From a virus (Duplodnaviria > Caudoviricetes), in the IMG/VR virus record IMGVR_UViG_3300030397_000264, positions 1-41,581 of that record: a stretch of 41,581 nt of DNA. One strand, written 5' to 3'. The position numbers were made by a program, and so were the translations under genes. Numbering within the stretch: position 1 is the first letter of the stretch; the number at the start of each line of letters is the position of its first letter. Below, one piece after another: positions 18,164-26,769 of the stretch. Under the pieces are notes generated by a model. That model saw only the letters and a list, made by a program, of their open reading frames with translations, ran no database searches and was not told the origin of the DNA.

Positions 18164-18588
18164 AGATCGAACAGCTTAAATGGGCAAAGGACAAATACGC
18201 CGATATCATGACGCTGCCGGCATCACGTTTCGAGCTTGGCAGGGGTGACATCGGGAGATCCTTCAGCACCGCGATCGCGCCAAACGACAAAATCAAGAAT
18301 CCATTCCGACTCGGCGATCGCGGGATGTTCGTCTGCATGGGTGGCTTCTCAGGGCCAGATGGCCGTTTTCACGACGCCTGGCGTATCGTTGAGCCTGAGC
18401 ACTTCGAGGGACAATACCACCTCTACTCGAGGCGAGGCATGAAGGGCCATGAGAAGGCACGCAACAATCCACTTGGCTTCTACCACGGCATGAAGGTATG
18501 GTGCGGCACGACGCCTTACATCCTGGTCGGCAAGCCCATCCTCCTCCACGAGGGCGAGGAAGAAGGCAGACAGACCACCCTCTTCTAA
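18160..18588 (+). CDS. Hypothetical protein ending in a QTTLF clamp-binding-like motif
   Basis: ATG 18160 with GGAG RBS; ATGA overlap. Confidence 0.65.
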   Translation: MKIEQLKWAKDKYADIMTLPASRFELGRGDIGRSFSTAIAPNDKIKNPFRLGDRGMFVCMGGFSGPDGRFHDAWRIVEPEHFEGQYHLYSRRGMKGHEKARNNPLGFYHGMKVWCGTTPYILVGKPILLHEGEEEGRQTTLF

Positions 18589-18595
18589 ACAGGTC

Positions 18596-18624
18596 GCGCC
18601 CGTGGTGCTGGTGGCCACGGGCGC
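18596..18624 (+). terminator. GC-rich hairpin after the first early operon
   Basis: GCGCCCGTGG / CCACGGGCGC 10-bp inverted repeat; no clear U-tract. Confidence 0.4.
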
Positions 18625-18696
18625 TCATCGGCGATCACACGCCTAGAAATTTCTAAGGAGGACCGCTCTTCTACCCCACCCACAGGACACAGTTTC

Positions 18697-18762
18697 ATGT
18701 TAACTTTGTAACATTATCGTTGCAATTACGACAGAACTATTGTTAAGAAGTTAACGTATATT
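18697..18762 (+). promoter_or_regulatory. Second early promoter/operator
   Basis: GAACTATTGTTAAGAAGTTAACGTATATT is 24/29 identical to 11047-11075; upstream TGTTAAC and GTAACATTA boxes are also shared. Confidence 0.7.
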
Positions 18763-18795
18763 CTATTGTTACGAGCACCGACATGGAGCACTAAA

Positions 18796-19092
18796 ATGAT
18801 CTACGACATCGAAGCTGACCGTTCCCTTCACGAAGACCGCGCAAACGCGCATCATTGGGAGTCCGAATTCCTGCGCGACTTCCGCGAGCCTTTCCCGGAG
18901 GAATCATACGAAGAGTGGAGCCTGGCGCTCGAGCAGGCGATGGACGCAGCCGGCATCCCAAGGTTCAACCCGTCACACGAGCAAGCAGCAGCTGACAGCG
19001 CAAATCGCCATGCGCCCGAGGATTGGATAACGAGAGCGTGGCGATATCCCGCGGTCACTCAATTCACGCCCGACGATACCTTGCCCTTCTGA
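18796..19092 (+). CDS. Hypothetical acidic protein ending DDTLPF
   Basis: GGAG RBS; first gene after the second promoter. Confidence 0.65.
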   Translation: MIYDIEADRSLHEDRANAHHWESEFLRDFREPFPEESYEEWSLALEQAMDAAGIPRFNPSHEQAAADSANRHAPEDWITRAWRYPAVTQFTPDDTLPF

Positions 19093-19093
19093 G

Positions 19094-19109
19094 TGTTCCA
19101 CGTGGAACA
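19094..19109. promoter_or_regulatory. parS: parS centromere-like site
   Basis: Perfect palindrome TGTTCCACGTGGAACA matching the bacterial chromosomal parS consensus TGTTNCACGTGNAACA; intergenic. Confidence 0.85.
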
Positions 19110-19157
19110 TTGCCCTCATTTCTATAAGCGAATAAATCCCTTCAGGAGTGACAGATC

Positions 19158-19397
19158 ATGATAACTTTTCCTCCAGACACCGCGATGGGCATCATCCAGG
19201 AGCTGCAGCGCGAAGGCTACTCCTTCTGGACGGGCTACGATGAGGACCGCGCGATCGCGCACAACAGCACATGCCAGAATTGTGGGCACCAGGGCCTGAC
19301 ATACCACGCCTACTCGAGAGGTAAACCAGAACTTGAGAATTTTAGTTATCGCGCGATCGCAGAATGCTGCGAGTGCGACTTTGCCGAGGAATTCTAA
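19158..19397 (+). CDS. Small Zn-ribbon protein
   Basis: CQNCG...CCEC; AGGAG RBS. Confidence 0.65.
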   Translation: MITFPPDTAMGIIQELQREGYSFWTGYDEDRAIAHNSTCQNCGHQGLTYHAYSRGKPELENFSYRAIAECCECDFAEEF

Positions 19398-19642
19398 TGA
19401 CTAAAAAACAATTTATTTTATATGACGGTCGGGCAACCGACGTCGAGGGCACGAACGATGCCGCCATCTTTGACTCCGCAACAACCGAAGATGAAGCCCG
19501 GCGCTCCGGCATGGACGATTGGGAAGGATACGACTGCATCTGGTGGGAGTATGACCTGATCGGGACAGAGCTGAAGAACGGGAAGATGCGAGCAGATCTG
19601 CCTCCCTGCGAAGATTTCACAACCGAAGCCTGGCAAGTATAA
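19397..19642 (+). CDS. Hypothetical protein
   Basis: TAATG coupling at both ends. Confidence 0.6.
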   Translation: MTKKQFILYDGRATDVEGTNDAAIFDSATTEDEARRSGMDDWEGYDCIWWEYDLIGTELKNGKMRADLPPCEDFTTEAWQV

Positions 19643-19872
19643 TGGCAAAAGCACCAGAGTATTTCGAACTCCTACTTTTGGCCGAGCGCTCAGGCCAGTT
19701 TTTCACGGTCGGCCTGGGCCATGACGACATCCCGGTTACTGACGACAGCCTGGACCAGGCAGTCCTGGGATGGCTAGAAAAGAACCACGAGGCATATGGT
19801 GTCGAGCGCAGACCCAAGAGGCTGACGATCGCACTCCCATTGAAAAATCTAAACGAGGAAGGCAATGATTAA
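19642..19872 (+). CDS. Hypothetical protein
   Basis: Coupled 76-aa ORF. Confidence 0.6.
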   Translation: MAKAPEYFELLLLAERSGQFFTVGLGHDDIPVTDDSLDQAVLGWLEKNHEAYGVERRPKRLTIALPLKNLNEEGND

Positions 19873-20176
19873 CGTACTCCCAGGACTCTCAATCAACGCC
19901 GATCTCATCACGCACATCGAGACGTGGTGGTCTGCGGCAAATAAGGACGGCACTTTGCAATCCTTGGATGTCATCAAAACCTGGAACGAGAAAAAGGCAA
20001 TACTCAGATGCCAGGTCTTCGTGGCCGGACGCGTGCCTCCACTCAAGTTCGATGGTGCCGATGCCACATCCGTTTGCACGCAGCTCGGTCATCTCTTCAC
20101 TGCCATTCCTTCTGGCTGGACCGAGGTCGCATCGATGACGGATCTCCAGCTGGTCGAACCAGATCTCCCATTTTAG
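19865..20176 (+). CDS. Hypothetical protein ending EPDLPF
   Basis: 103-aa ORF with GAGG RBS. Confidence 0.6.
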   Translation: MINVLPGLSINADLITHIETWWSAANKDGTLQSLDVIKTWNEKKAILRCQVFVAGRVPPLKFDGADATSVCTQLGHLFTAIPSGWTEVASMTDLQLVEPDLPF

Positions 20177-20178
20177 TC

Positions 20179-20493
20179 ATGGCACATAGATACCATAAAA
20201 CCCGCGACACGGAGGTAATCCGTCCCTGCAAGCTGTGTGGGAAGCCCATCCGCTATATGCGTGTAAAACGCCAGGTCAAAGGCTCAAACCCCGTGCGCTA
20301 TGAATGGGGTGGCACGATGCCCGTTGATACCGAAATTATGTGGGGCGACGGCAAGCTAACGCTCGTCGCCATCCACCCACAGGAATTGGCTCGTAGAGTC
20401 ATCGTAAAGGCAGGTCCGGAGATCCAGGGAGTTCAATCCCACTTCGGCACTTGCTCTGTCTATCTCAAAAAACGAAGGAGAAAAACAACATGA
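20179..20493 (+). CDS. Hypothetical Zn-binding protein
   Basis: CKLCGKPI...MPVD...SHFGTC pattern common in small phage proteins. Confidence 0.65.
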   Translation: MAHRYHKTRDTEVIRPCKLCGKPIRYMRVKRQVKGSNPVRYEWGGTMPVDTEIMWGDGKLTLVAIHPQELARRVIVKAGPEIQGVQSHFGTCSVYLKKRRRKTT

Positions 20494-20885
20494 GTGACGA
20501 ACTCAAACAATTTGCAGCAGGCGCAGCAGGCCAAGAGTACGGAGGTCCCGGCGACATGGTTACTGGCTCAATCATCTACGGAGACGGCGATCCAATGGCA
20601 GCGCTCCAGCCCGGAAATATGATCACCGAGGATGCCCTCAAACGTCTGCGCGTCATCGCCCTATGGGACGCAGTCGCGAAGATCAATCTGGCACTCGCCC
20701 AGGCAAAGAAAGTGAATGATGCAATGAGAGCCGACGAAGTTGACGAGCAGTCCCTGAAGGAGCACGACGCCTACATCAAGGGGATTGTCCAGGGTAAAAT
20801 CGAAGTGCAGAACCTCATCCTCGCAGCTGATCCCGACCAGGCAGACAAAATGAAAGTCGGCGCTGAAGGTGCGCTCAATCAGTGA
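20490..20885 (+). CDS. Hypothetical protein
   Basis: AAGGAG RBS, ATG 20490; last plus-strand gene. Confidence 0.65.
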   Translation: MSDELKQFAAGAAGQEYGGPGDMVTGSIIYGDGDPMAALQPGNMITEDALKRLRVIALWDAVAKINLALAQAKKVNDAMRADEVDEQSLKEHDAYIKGIVQGKIEVQNLILAADPDQADKMKVGAEGALNQ

Positions 20886-20927
20886 GTTTGCAATATTAAA
20901 AAAGTTGATTGCAATATTGCAAACGAC

Positions 20928-20956
20928 AAAGCCCTGGCCGAAACCAGGGCTTTTTT
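20928..20956 (+). terminator. Rho-independent terminator (probably bidirectional) at the early/late convergence
   Basis: AAAGCCCTGG-ccgaaa-CCAGGGCTTTTTT. Confidence 0.85.
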
Positions 20957-20973
20957 GTGATCTATAGGTTCAG

Positions 20974-20989
20974 TGTTCCACGTGGAACA
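20974..20989. promoter_or_regulatory. parS: Second parS site
   Basis: Identical TGTTCCACGTGGAACA; intergenic. Confidence 0.85.
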
Positions 20990-20990
20990 A

Positions 20991-21992
20991 TTATGCAGTG
21001 GCTCGCGACTTCTTAGTCTTACACCCTGCCTTGGGCTTTCCGTAGTTCGGGGATGCCAGGTTCGTCGTCGGACAGTACTGGCTGTTCCACGGATTGCCGT
21101 TGAACTCCTTGGGAAGCTGGGCACCACAGCCGGCACATTTCTGCTTTCTCGAGCGCCGGCTTTTAGACTTTTTTGGCGCTGCCCCATCCCCTCCGGCATT
21201 CTCATTCCACCCAATACTAAAGCCGTGGAGCGGATCGTGCGCGAGCGCCTTCTGGTTCTGCTGCTCAAGGTGCAGGGCTGACTTGAAAAGCTCGTCGATC
21301 TGCTTATCAACAACCTGGCCGACACGCCACGATTTGAATGGCGAATACCTGATCTTGAAGATCATGCGCTTCCCTATGCGATGGGCAAAAGCAATCCGGC
21401 CTTGGCGCTTGTAATGAGCGAGGATTCGTGCCTCCCTGTTTTTTGCTCGCTGCTCGAGCAGAGCTTCCCGTTTGTCGCGGTTCTCCTCGAGCCACGCTTG
21501 GATGGCAATCCAGGCGCTCTCGATCGCTGCCTTCATCCTGGTCGATCCCTCAAAGAGCCAGCCCCACCCCACGAAGACGCCGAACGTGAACACGGCCAGG
21601 CCCCAGGTAAAGTAGAACTCTGCGACCTGTGGGCTCCCGTGCGCGATCATCCCAACGGTTACATCGATGAGGCACCAGAACTTCGTGATGCGTGCAACCC
21701 ACATGTCCGTCTTCGTCAGCTCCATGCCCTTGATCGCCTGGATGAGGTAGTAGATCGACATGTCGCTAATTGCAATCCCGCAGTTATAAGCGACCGCGAG
21801 GCCGACCTGGGTGAAGACGTTGAGTTCTACGAGCGAGAATGCGTAGTGCCAGGATGCGACGCAACCCAGGATGCCGGCGAGTATCGCCCAAAGCATGTGG
21901 ATTCGTTCGTAACCTTCCTGGAGTTTTTGCTGAGAGAGCGCTGGGGGCTTCTTGCTGTTGCCGTTGCTCCCTGTCGGAGTCCGTGTAGCCAT
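20991..21992 (-). CDS. Multi-pass membrane protein with coiled coil and C-terminal basic Cys4 Zn-finger
   Basis: 3-4 N-terminal hydrophobic segments, charged helical middle, KKSKSRRSRKQKCAGCG...YCP...GCK. Confidence 0.7.
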   Translation of the reverse strand: MATRTPTGSNGNSKKPPALSQQKLQEGYERIHMLWAILAGILGCVASWHYAFSLVELNVFTQVGLAVAYNCGIAISDMSIYYLIQAIKGMELTKTDMWVARITKFWCLIDVTVGMIAHGSPQVAEFYFTWGLAVFTFGVFVGWGWLFEGSTRMKAAIESAWIAIQAWLEENRDKREALLEQRAKNREARILAHYKRQGRIAFAHRIGKRMIFKIRYSPFKSWRVGQVVDKQIDELFKSALHLEQQNQKALAHDPLHGFSIGWNENAGGDGAAPKKSKSRRSRKQKCAGCGAQLPKEFNGNPWNSQYCPTTNLASPNYGKPKAGCKTKKSRATA

Positions 21993-21996
21993 TATG

Positions 21997-22256
21997 TGTA
22001 ACCTCAGTAGATGAGAATGCCAGCGGCTGGTGCGACCTTAGTGCAACTCCTGGCGCTGGCAGAACAAAAGTAAGATGTTGGTTTGAGAAACCCGAAAATC
22101 GACTAAAAACACGTAGTTTTTAAAGGTCGCGCGAGTCAGGGTGCGACGTCGCATAGGGGTTACAGTCTCAAGGTATGAATCCAAATTCGGATTCTCAAGT
22201 CAGGTCGCATGCGGGTTGCAGCGAACCAGGAGCATCGGTTACTTACCCAGCAACCT
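21997..22256. promoter_or_regulatory. Non-coding region with an array of RGGTYRCA-like boxes and a candidate TAnnTTTG promoter
   Basis: About 10 related octamers in both orientations; TACTTTTG on the minus strand at 22065-22072. Confidence 0.5.
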
Positions 22257-22265
22257 TAATGCCGA

Positions 22266-22607
22266 CTATTGCAACGCGTCCAGCTTTCGTTCGATCCGGG
22301 ATAGGTCGCGCTGGATCTCGACCAGCTGTGCCACCTCCGTCGCATTGGCTTTTTCGATCGCATCAATCCGGCGCTCGCCAGCGGTTGCATTGCGCTGCAA
22401 CTCGTCGACGTCGCCCTCGAGGACCTGGAGTCGCTGCTCATGCGCTCGGCTTTGCAACGCGTACTCTTCCTGGATGGCCGTACGGATCTGGCTCTGGATG
22501 GTGAAGATGTAACCACCCATGGTGATGAGGATTGAAACCAGCACTGCTGATATCCACTTCCAGACGTCGCTCGGAACGCGACGAGTTGAGGATTCTGGTT
22601 TACTCAT
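22266..22607 (-). CDS. Single-TM coiled-coil protein, holin-like
   Basis: WKWISAVLVSILITMGGYIFTI TM segment followed by a coiled coil; follows the tail genes; ATGA overlap at 22604-22607. Confidence 0.5.
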   Translation of the reverse strand: MSKPESSTRRVPSDVWKWISAVLVSILITMGGYIFTIQSQIRTAIQEEYALQSRAHEQRLQVLEGDVDELQRNATAGERRIDAIEKANATEVAQLVEIQRDLSRIERKLDALQ

Positions 22608-25600
22608 GTCGGTATCGTCCATTGCTGGATTGCTATGTCTTCCGGATGCACCAGGCCCTGCGGACCTTTGCTCGTATGAGAGCCAACGGTCTTCCAGAAT
22701 GCCTTCCGATCGGTGTGGTCCTCGACGACGTTTGAGGCCAGGGCCTCGATGACGTTCCCGGTTCCACCATGCCAGCTTTCAAAGGTGGAGACGGAGTTAG
22801 TTTGCTGGAAATCATTACAATTCTGGTCCCGCGCGAAGTAGTTAGCCTGCTGGCGCTCGAACCAGACGTTATTGTCGATCGTGGAGCTACTCCATGCCGG
22901 CCCAAATGGGACGCAGCTCGGCGAGTCGTCATAGCCATCGCCACCCAGGATCTCGACCTGCTGGACCTCGATGGTATTGTCACGCACGTTGAAGCCGATC
23001 ACGTTATTGGTGATGACGTCGTTATTCGTGGTGCCGCGGCCATCGTGGTTCTTGAAGTAGATCCCTTTGCCTTCGTTATAAACGATCGCGCAGTTCTCGA
23101 TGAAATTGTCACCGGCCGCCTGGCCGCGGAAAGCGCATCCCAGGATCGTGCCCTTATAGCTACGGGCCTGGGTGTTCCAGATGCCGCAGTGCCGGATCTT
23201 GATTTTCCGGCTGTTGTGCTCGAAGAAGATCGCCATATCGTGGCACTCTTCCATGATGCAAAACTCGGCGATGAAGGATTCGGTCGTCGTGTTCGTGTTC
23301 CCATTGAATAGATCCCACCATAGGGCAGGGCCTTTCTCACGCAGAAACAGGTTCCTTCTAATAATGAACGTCCCGAAGCCCTGGCTGTCCGTAATTTTGT
23401 TGCCAGCCTCCCAGCGCCTGGGGCACTCCTGGAAGTTGCCATCGAGCCACTGACAATCCTCCATGAGCGTCTCGGTGCCGGCGTCCTCGTTCAGCCACTC
23501 AACGCGGAAGTTGCCCATGCCATTGCGGAGGCCCTTGCAGTTCCGGATTAGATGGTCCTCGCCGTGGAGTCCGAATCCATAATGCTTCGAATCCCGGAAG
23601 GAGCACCACTCGACGTGCCAGTTGGTCCCGCGGATATTGATCGGTCCCAGCTTCCGGATCGTTGAGCCAAAGGCAAAGTGCAAATTCAAGAGCGCCAGGT
23701 GGTTACGGCCATCGGCTTTCTCGGCGAAGTTGCCACCAGGGTATCCCTGGGTCCACTCGTGGTCGAACACGTCAAAGAGCCACTTCTTATTTGAGGCGAT
23801 GCGCATGCCGTTGATGTCATTAGGCCCGGAGGCCACCGTGTTCGGGTTAACATCGCTCGGCAGACGGCACCATACGTACTGTGGCGTCGCACGTGAGCCT
23901 GTCCCGACCTCGAAGTAGCACTCGCCCTCGAGCATAGCGCCAGGCGCACCCACGGCGTTGTTGCCGTTCTGGTGGACGAAGAGCTGCTTGTCGTTATAGA
24001 TCAGCTGGTGGCTCATGGTGTGGGAATAGTCAGCGCACTCCGGATAAGCCTGGGTGCAATTACCCTGGAAGGAGGCATCGGGCACGTCGGCGCGAGTCTG
24101 GTTATACGTAGCCCTCCAGCGGGTGCCACCGCCTCCGCCAGTTCCCATGTCGGTCCAGGTCACATCGAAGTTCTCGGAGGCATCGATGATGCAGGGCAGC
24201 TCCGGATTGCCGGCATAGACAATTTTGTTGCCTGCGCTGCCCGAGTTGCTCGGAGTTATCTGCTCGTAGAAGCGCTTGTTCGACGTGTTACCACCGGAGA
24301 TGATGCACGCCTGACCACCGACCGCGACGTCGGCAAAGTCCTGGATGTCAGGCCAAGGATCAGCGAGCGTGCCTGAGCCAGGCCCAGCTGCAGCATTGTC
24401 AACATAGAAGAAATTCGTGATGCCAAACTCGGACGTGATGAAGGATTCCATCTCAGCCCTGGTCGCAGGCACGTTACCACCGCCTCCGACGCCGGCCTGT
24501 GGAGATTCGGGCGAGGTCTCATCCTCGGAATTAGGCCGGTTCTTTACGTAGATGTGGATGCGATCGAACTTATAGTTATTCGAGCGCCCACCCAGCTCGA
24601 GCGTGTGGCTGCCGGCGTCGAGATCAAAGTCCTTATCCAGGAAGGTGGCCGGTGGATCTTCCCTGAAGGTGTCAAACGTCCAGCCCAGGTTAGGCCACTG
24701 CAGCCCGGCGTCCGTGTGTCCCCATTTCTGGAATCCGGCTGAGTCATTGGCAGTGGGCACGTCGAGCCAGATGTCATTTTCCTCATCGTTGGCTGGTGCG
24801 CTGTCATGGTTCGCCCGGATACTGATCGAGTAGATGCCAGCATCAGGAACGAAGAAATTAACGCTGATCGTGCTTGCTGGTGGGAGGCTGAAGTCGTCCG
24901 CTCCTGTGTGCCTCAAATAGCCACTGCCTACAAAGCCTGCCACGCTCGTTTCTTCGACGAAGTCCTCGCCCGTAATATCGATCGACTCGGCCTCGATCAC
25001 GATCAGGCCGTCTTCCATGACGAAATCGCCAGTATTAGGCGACGGGCCAGGGCCTCCACCTCCGCCAGCTGGTAGGCCGGAGACGCCAAACTCGGACGCG
25101 ATTGCAGCTGCGTCCACCTGGGTTGCTGCCTTCTGGTAGAGCCTGGCTGCGTAAACTTTGCCCTGGTGATTGTCGGCCACGCCCAGGACTGCAGCAGAAT
25201 TGTGGATGTCACCCGAGAGCGTCAGGTCGGTATCCTTCGACAGCTCACCGCCTGCAACGGTCAGCTCGACGTCGTTATACCACAGTTTGAGGTCGGTCCC
25301 GTCCCAGGCGAAAAGCATCGCGATCTTGCCATCCACGTCGAGCACCTTGTCCGCGGTGTAAACCTTGTGGTTGGTCGATCCATTTCCCGAGAGCGTCACC
25401 TGGAATTTGCCATCAGTAGTGAGGCCATGGAGGAAGGCATTGTCGGTCGCACCATCCCAATGGGAGAGCAAAGTGCGAAAGGCGCCTGTCGTCCCGTTCC
25501 AGTCAGCAACCACCAAAATCGAGAAGTCATCCCGGTCGTAATCGAAGTCGGCGATCGTCAGGCCGTCGCTGCCCAGGCAATCAATAAAGTCCAGCTGGGA

Positions 25601-26194
25601 AGTCCTGGGAACGTTGCTCGCCGGCATCGAGGCATTTTGGGCACCATCACCAACAGCCAGGTCGGAGTATGTCTGCAGGTCGGTGGTCGCCACGTAGCCC
25701 GGATCGCCAGTGCCCGGAATCATCTGCGCACGCAGGATCTGGAAGGCATTGCGGCCATCACCGACGTACTTTTGCACCTGGTTGCCCGTCGCAGCGCCAC
25801 AGGCCCAGCGCAGGATGGTTTGAGGGAGCGTGCCGGCGAAGGTAATCTTTATATCCCATTCGTCCGTGGTGCCTGATACCTGGGTGATTGAAGCGCTCGA
25901 TACGTTCGATCCCTCGAAGAGCTTCGTCCCGGAGTTGATATTGAACCAGACCGTGTTGTTGTTCGAATCATCCTGGCAGGAGAGCCACACGATATCCCGG
26001 CCACCGACGAGGAATTTCACACGTGCCTTGAAAATGGCATCGCTGCCCATCTGCTCGTTATCGATCCGGAACTGGACGTCCTGGGTCTGCGAGTGCAGCT
26101 CGGTCGCTGGACCGCTGTTCTCGGTAAAGATACCGTCCGCGAGCATGGTCCCGCCACGGATCTCCCATTCTGGTTGTGTTGGATCAAACGCCAT
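22604..26194 (-). CDS. Receptor-binding/tail spike protein: CBM-like, LamG, CBM and right-handed beta-helix (putative depolymerase) domains
   Basis: LamG-like (MLFAWDGTDLKLWYND...GKVYAARLY), IVIEAES CBM-like module, Gly/Pro linkers, C-terminal parallel beta-helix repeats. Confidence 0.75.
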   Translation of the reverse strand: MAFDPTQPEWEIRGGTMLADGIFTENSGPATELHSQTQDVQFRIDNEQMGSDAIFKARVKFLVGGRDIVWLSCQDDSNNNTVWFNINSGTKLFEGSNVSSASITQVSGTTDEWDIKITFAGTLPQTILRWACGAATGNQVQKYVGDGRNAFQILRAQMIPGTGDPGYVATTDLQTYSDLAVGDGAQNASMPASNVPRTSQLDFIDCLGSDGLTIADFDYDRDDFSILVVADWNGTTGAFRTLLSHWDGATDNAFLHGLTTDGKFQVTLSGNGSTNHKVYTADKVLDVDGKIAMLFAWDGTDLKLWYNDVELTVAGGELSKDTDLTLSGDIHNSAAVLGVADNHQGKVYAARLYQKAATQVDAAAIASEFGVSGLPAGGGGGPGPSPNTGDFVMEDGLIVIEAESIDITGEDFVEETSVAGFVGSGYLRHTGADDFSLPPASTISVNFFVPDAGIYSISIRANHDSAPANDEENDIWLDVPTANDSAGFQKWGHTDAGLQWPNLGWTFDTFREDPPATFLDKDFDLDAGSHTLELGGRSNNYKFDRIHIYVKNRPNSEDETSPESPQAGVGGGGNVPATRAEMESFITSEFGITNFFYVDNAAAGPGSGTLADPWPDIQDFADVAVGGQACIISGGNTSNKRFYEQITPSNSGSAGNKIVYAGNPELPCIIDASENFDVTWTDMGTGGGGGTRWRATYNQTRADVPDASFQGNCTQAYPECADYSHTMSHQLIYNDKQLFVHQNGNNAVGAPGAMLEGECYFEVGTGSRATPQYVWCRLPSDVNPNTVASGPNDINGMRIASNKKWLFDVFDHEWTQGYPGGNFAEKADGRNHLALLNLHFAFGSTIRKLGPINIRGTNWHVEWCSFRDSKHYGFGLHGEDHLIRNCKGLRNGMGNFRVEWLNEDAGTETLMEDCQWLDGNFQECPRRWEAGNKITDSQGFGTFIIRRNLFLREKGPALWWDLFNGNTNTTTESFIAEFCIMEECHDMAIFFEHNSRKIKIRHCGIWNTQARSYKGTILGCAFRGQAAGDNFIENCAIVYNEGKGIYFKNHDGRGTTNNDVITNNVIGFNVRDNTIEVQQVEILGGDGYDDSPSCVPFGPAWSSSTIDNNVWFERQQANYFARDQNCNDFQQTNSVSTFESWHGGTGNVIEALASNVVEDHTDRKAFWKTVGSHTSKGPQGLVHPEDIAIQQWTIPT

Positions 26195-26273
26195 GATTCC
26201 TAACTTTTTAAGGTTTTGCTGGCCAGCTGGTGCCCGCCGGCGGACTGAATAGAGCTCGTTTTGCCTAAATTAT

Positions 26274-26555
26274 TTAGTCGACGTACTCGAACTCGTCATC
26301 GGTCAAGCCAATGTTATCGTTTACGCGCATCGTCATCCCGAAGAAGATGCGCCTGGTGCCACGGTGATTCTCCGGGAATTTACTCTCCAGGTCATCGAAG
26401 GCCGTCTGCGTCAGGTAGAACGCATTCGGATATCGACCCGTCTGGCTGTAATACTCCGAGCGCCCTTTGGCAAGAGCGCGGAGGATCAGGTCGCTTTGTC
26501 TCAGTGGATATTGCTCGATGCCGAGAAAATCCACCCGGTAAAGAGGTCTAGCCAT
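26274..26555 (-). CDS. Hypothetical protein
   Basis: ATG 26555 overlaps the stop of the upstream ORF (TATGGCTAG). Confidence 0.55.
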   Translation of the reverse strand: MARPLYRVDFLGIEQYPLRQSDLILRALAKGRSEYYSQTGRYPNAFYLTQTAFDDLESKFPENHRGTRRIFFGMTMRVNDNIGLTDDEFEYVD

Positions 26556-26769
26556 AAAGCAGCAGGTTTGGGTTACGAAAGCGGATGTCCAGCAGGGTAG
26601 CGAAGAGTTTAGGTTCCGGAGGCTGCTCGAGCAAAGGCACAAACGTGATCACCGGACGCAGCTCAACGCCTCGAGGCGTGACCTCGAACTCGGCGTCGAT
26701 CTCCACGTCGATGCCCACCACGCCAGGCTCGAAGTTGAGCCTAAATGGGAATTTTGCCTTGTTAGCCAT
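26548..26769 (-). CDS. Small protein whose C-terminus resembles that of the 1546-aa tail protein
   Basis: Ends FATLLDIRFRNPNLLLYG; coupled on both sides. Confidence 0.6.
   Translation of the reverse strand: MANKAKFPFRLNFEPGVVGIDVEIDAEFEVTPRGVELRPVITFVPLLEQPPEPKLFATLLDIRFRNPNLLLYG

Noticed and set aside
20886-20924. Protelomerase telRL site of a linear plasmid prophage
   Set aside because: The palindrome is short and no protelomerase/tyrosine-recombinase gene was found
26195-26765. Intron or ribosomal bypass fusing the 1546-aa and 1196-aa tail genes
   Set aside because: The ~570-nt gap holds two coupled ORFs with no intron-like features and is far longer than known hops; joining at the shared ATGGC gives an out-of-frame stop
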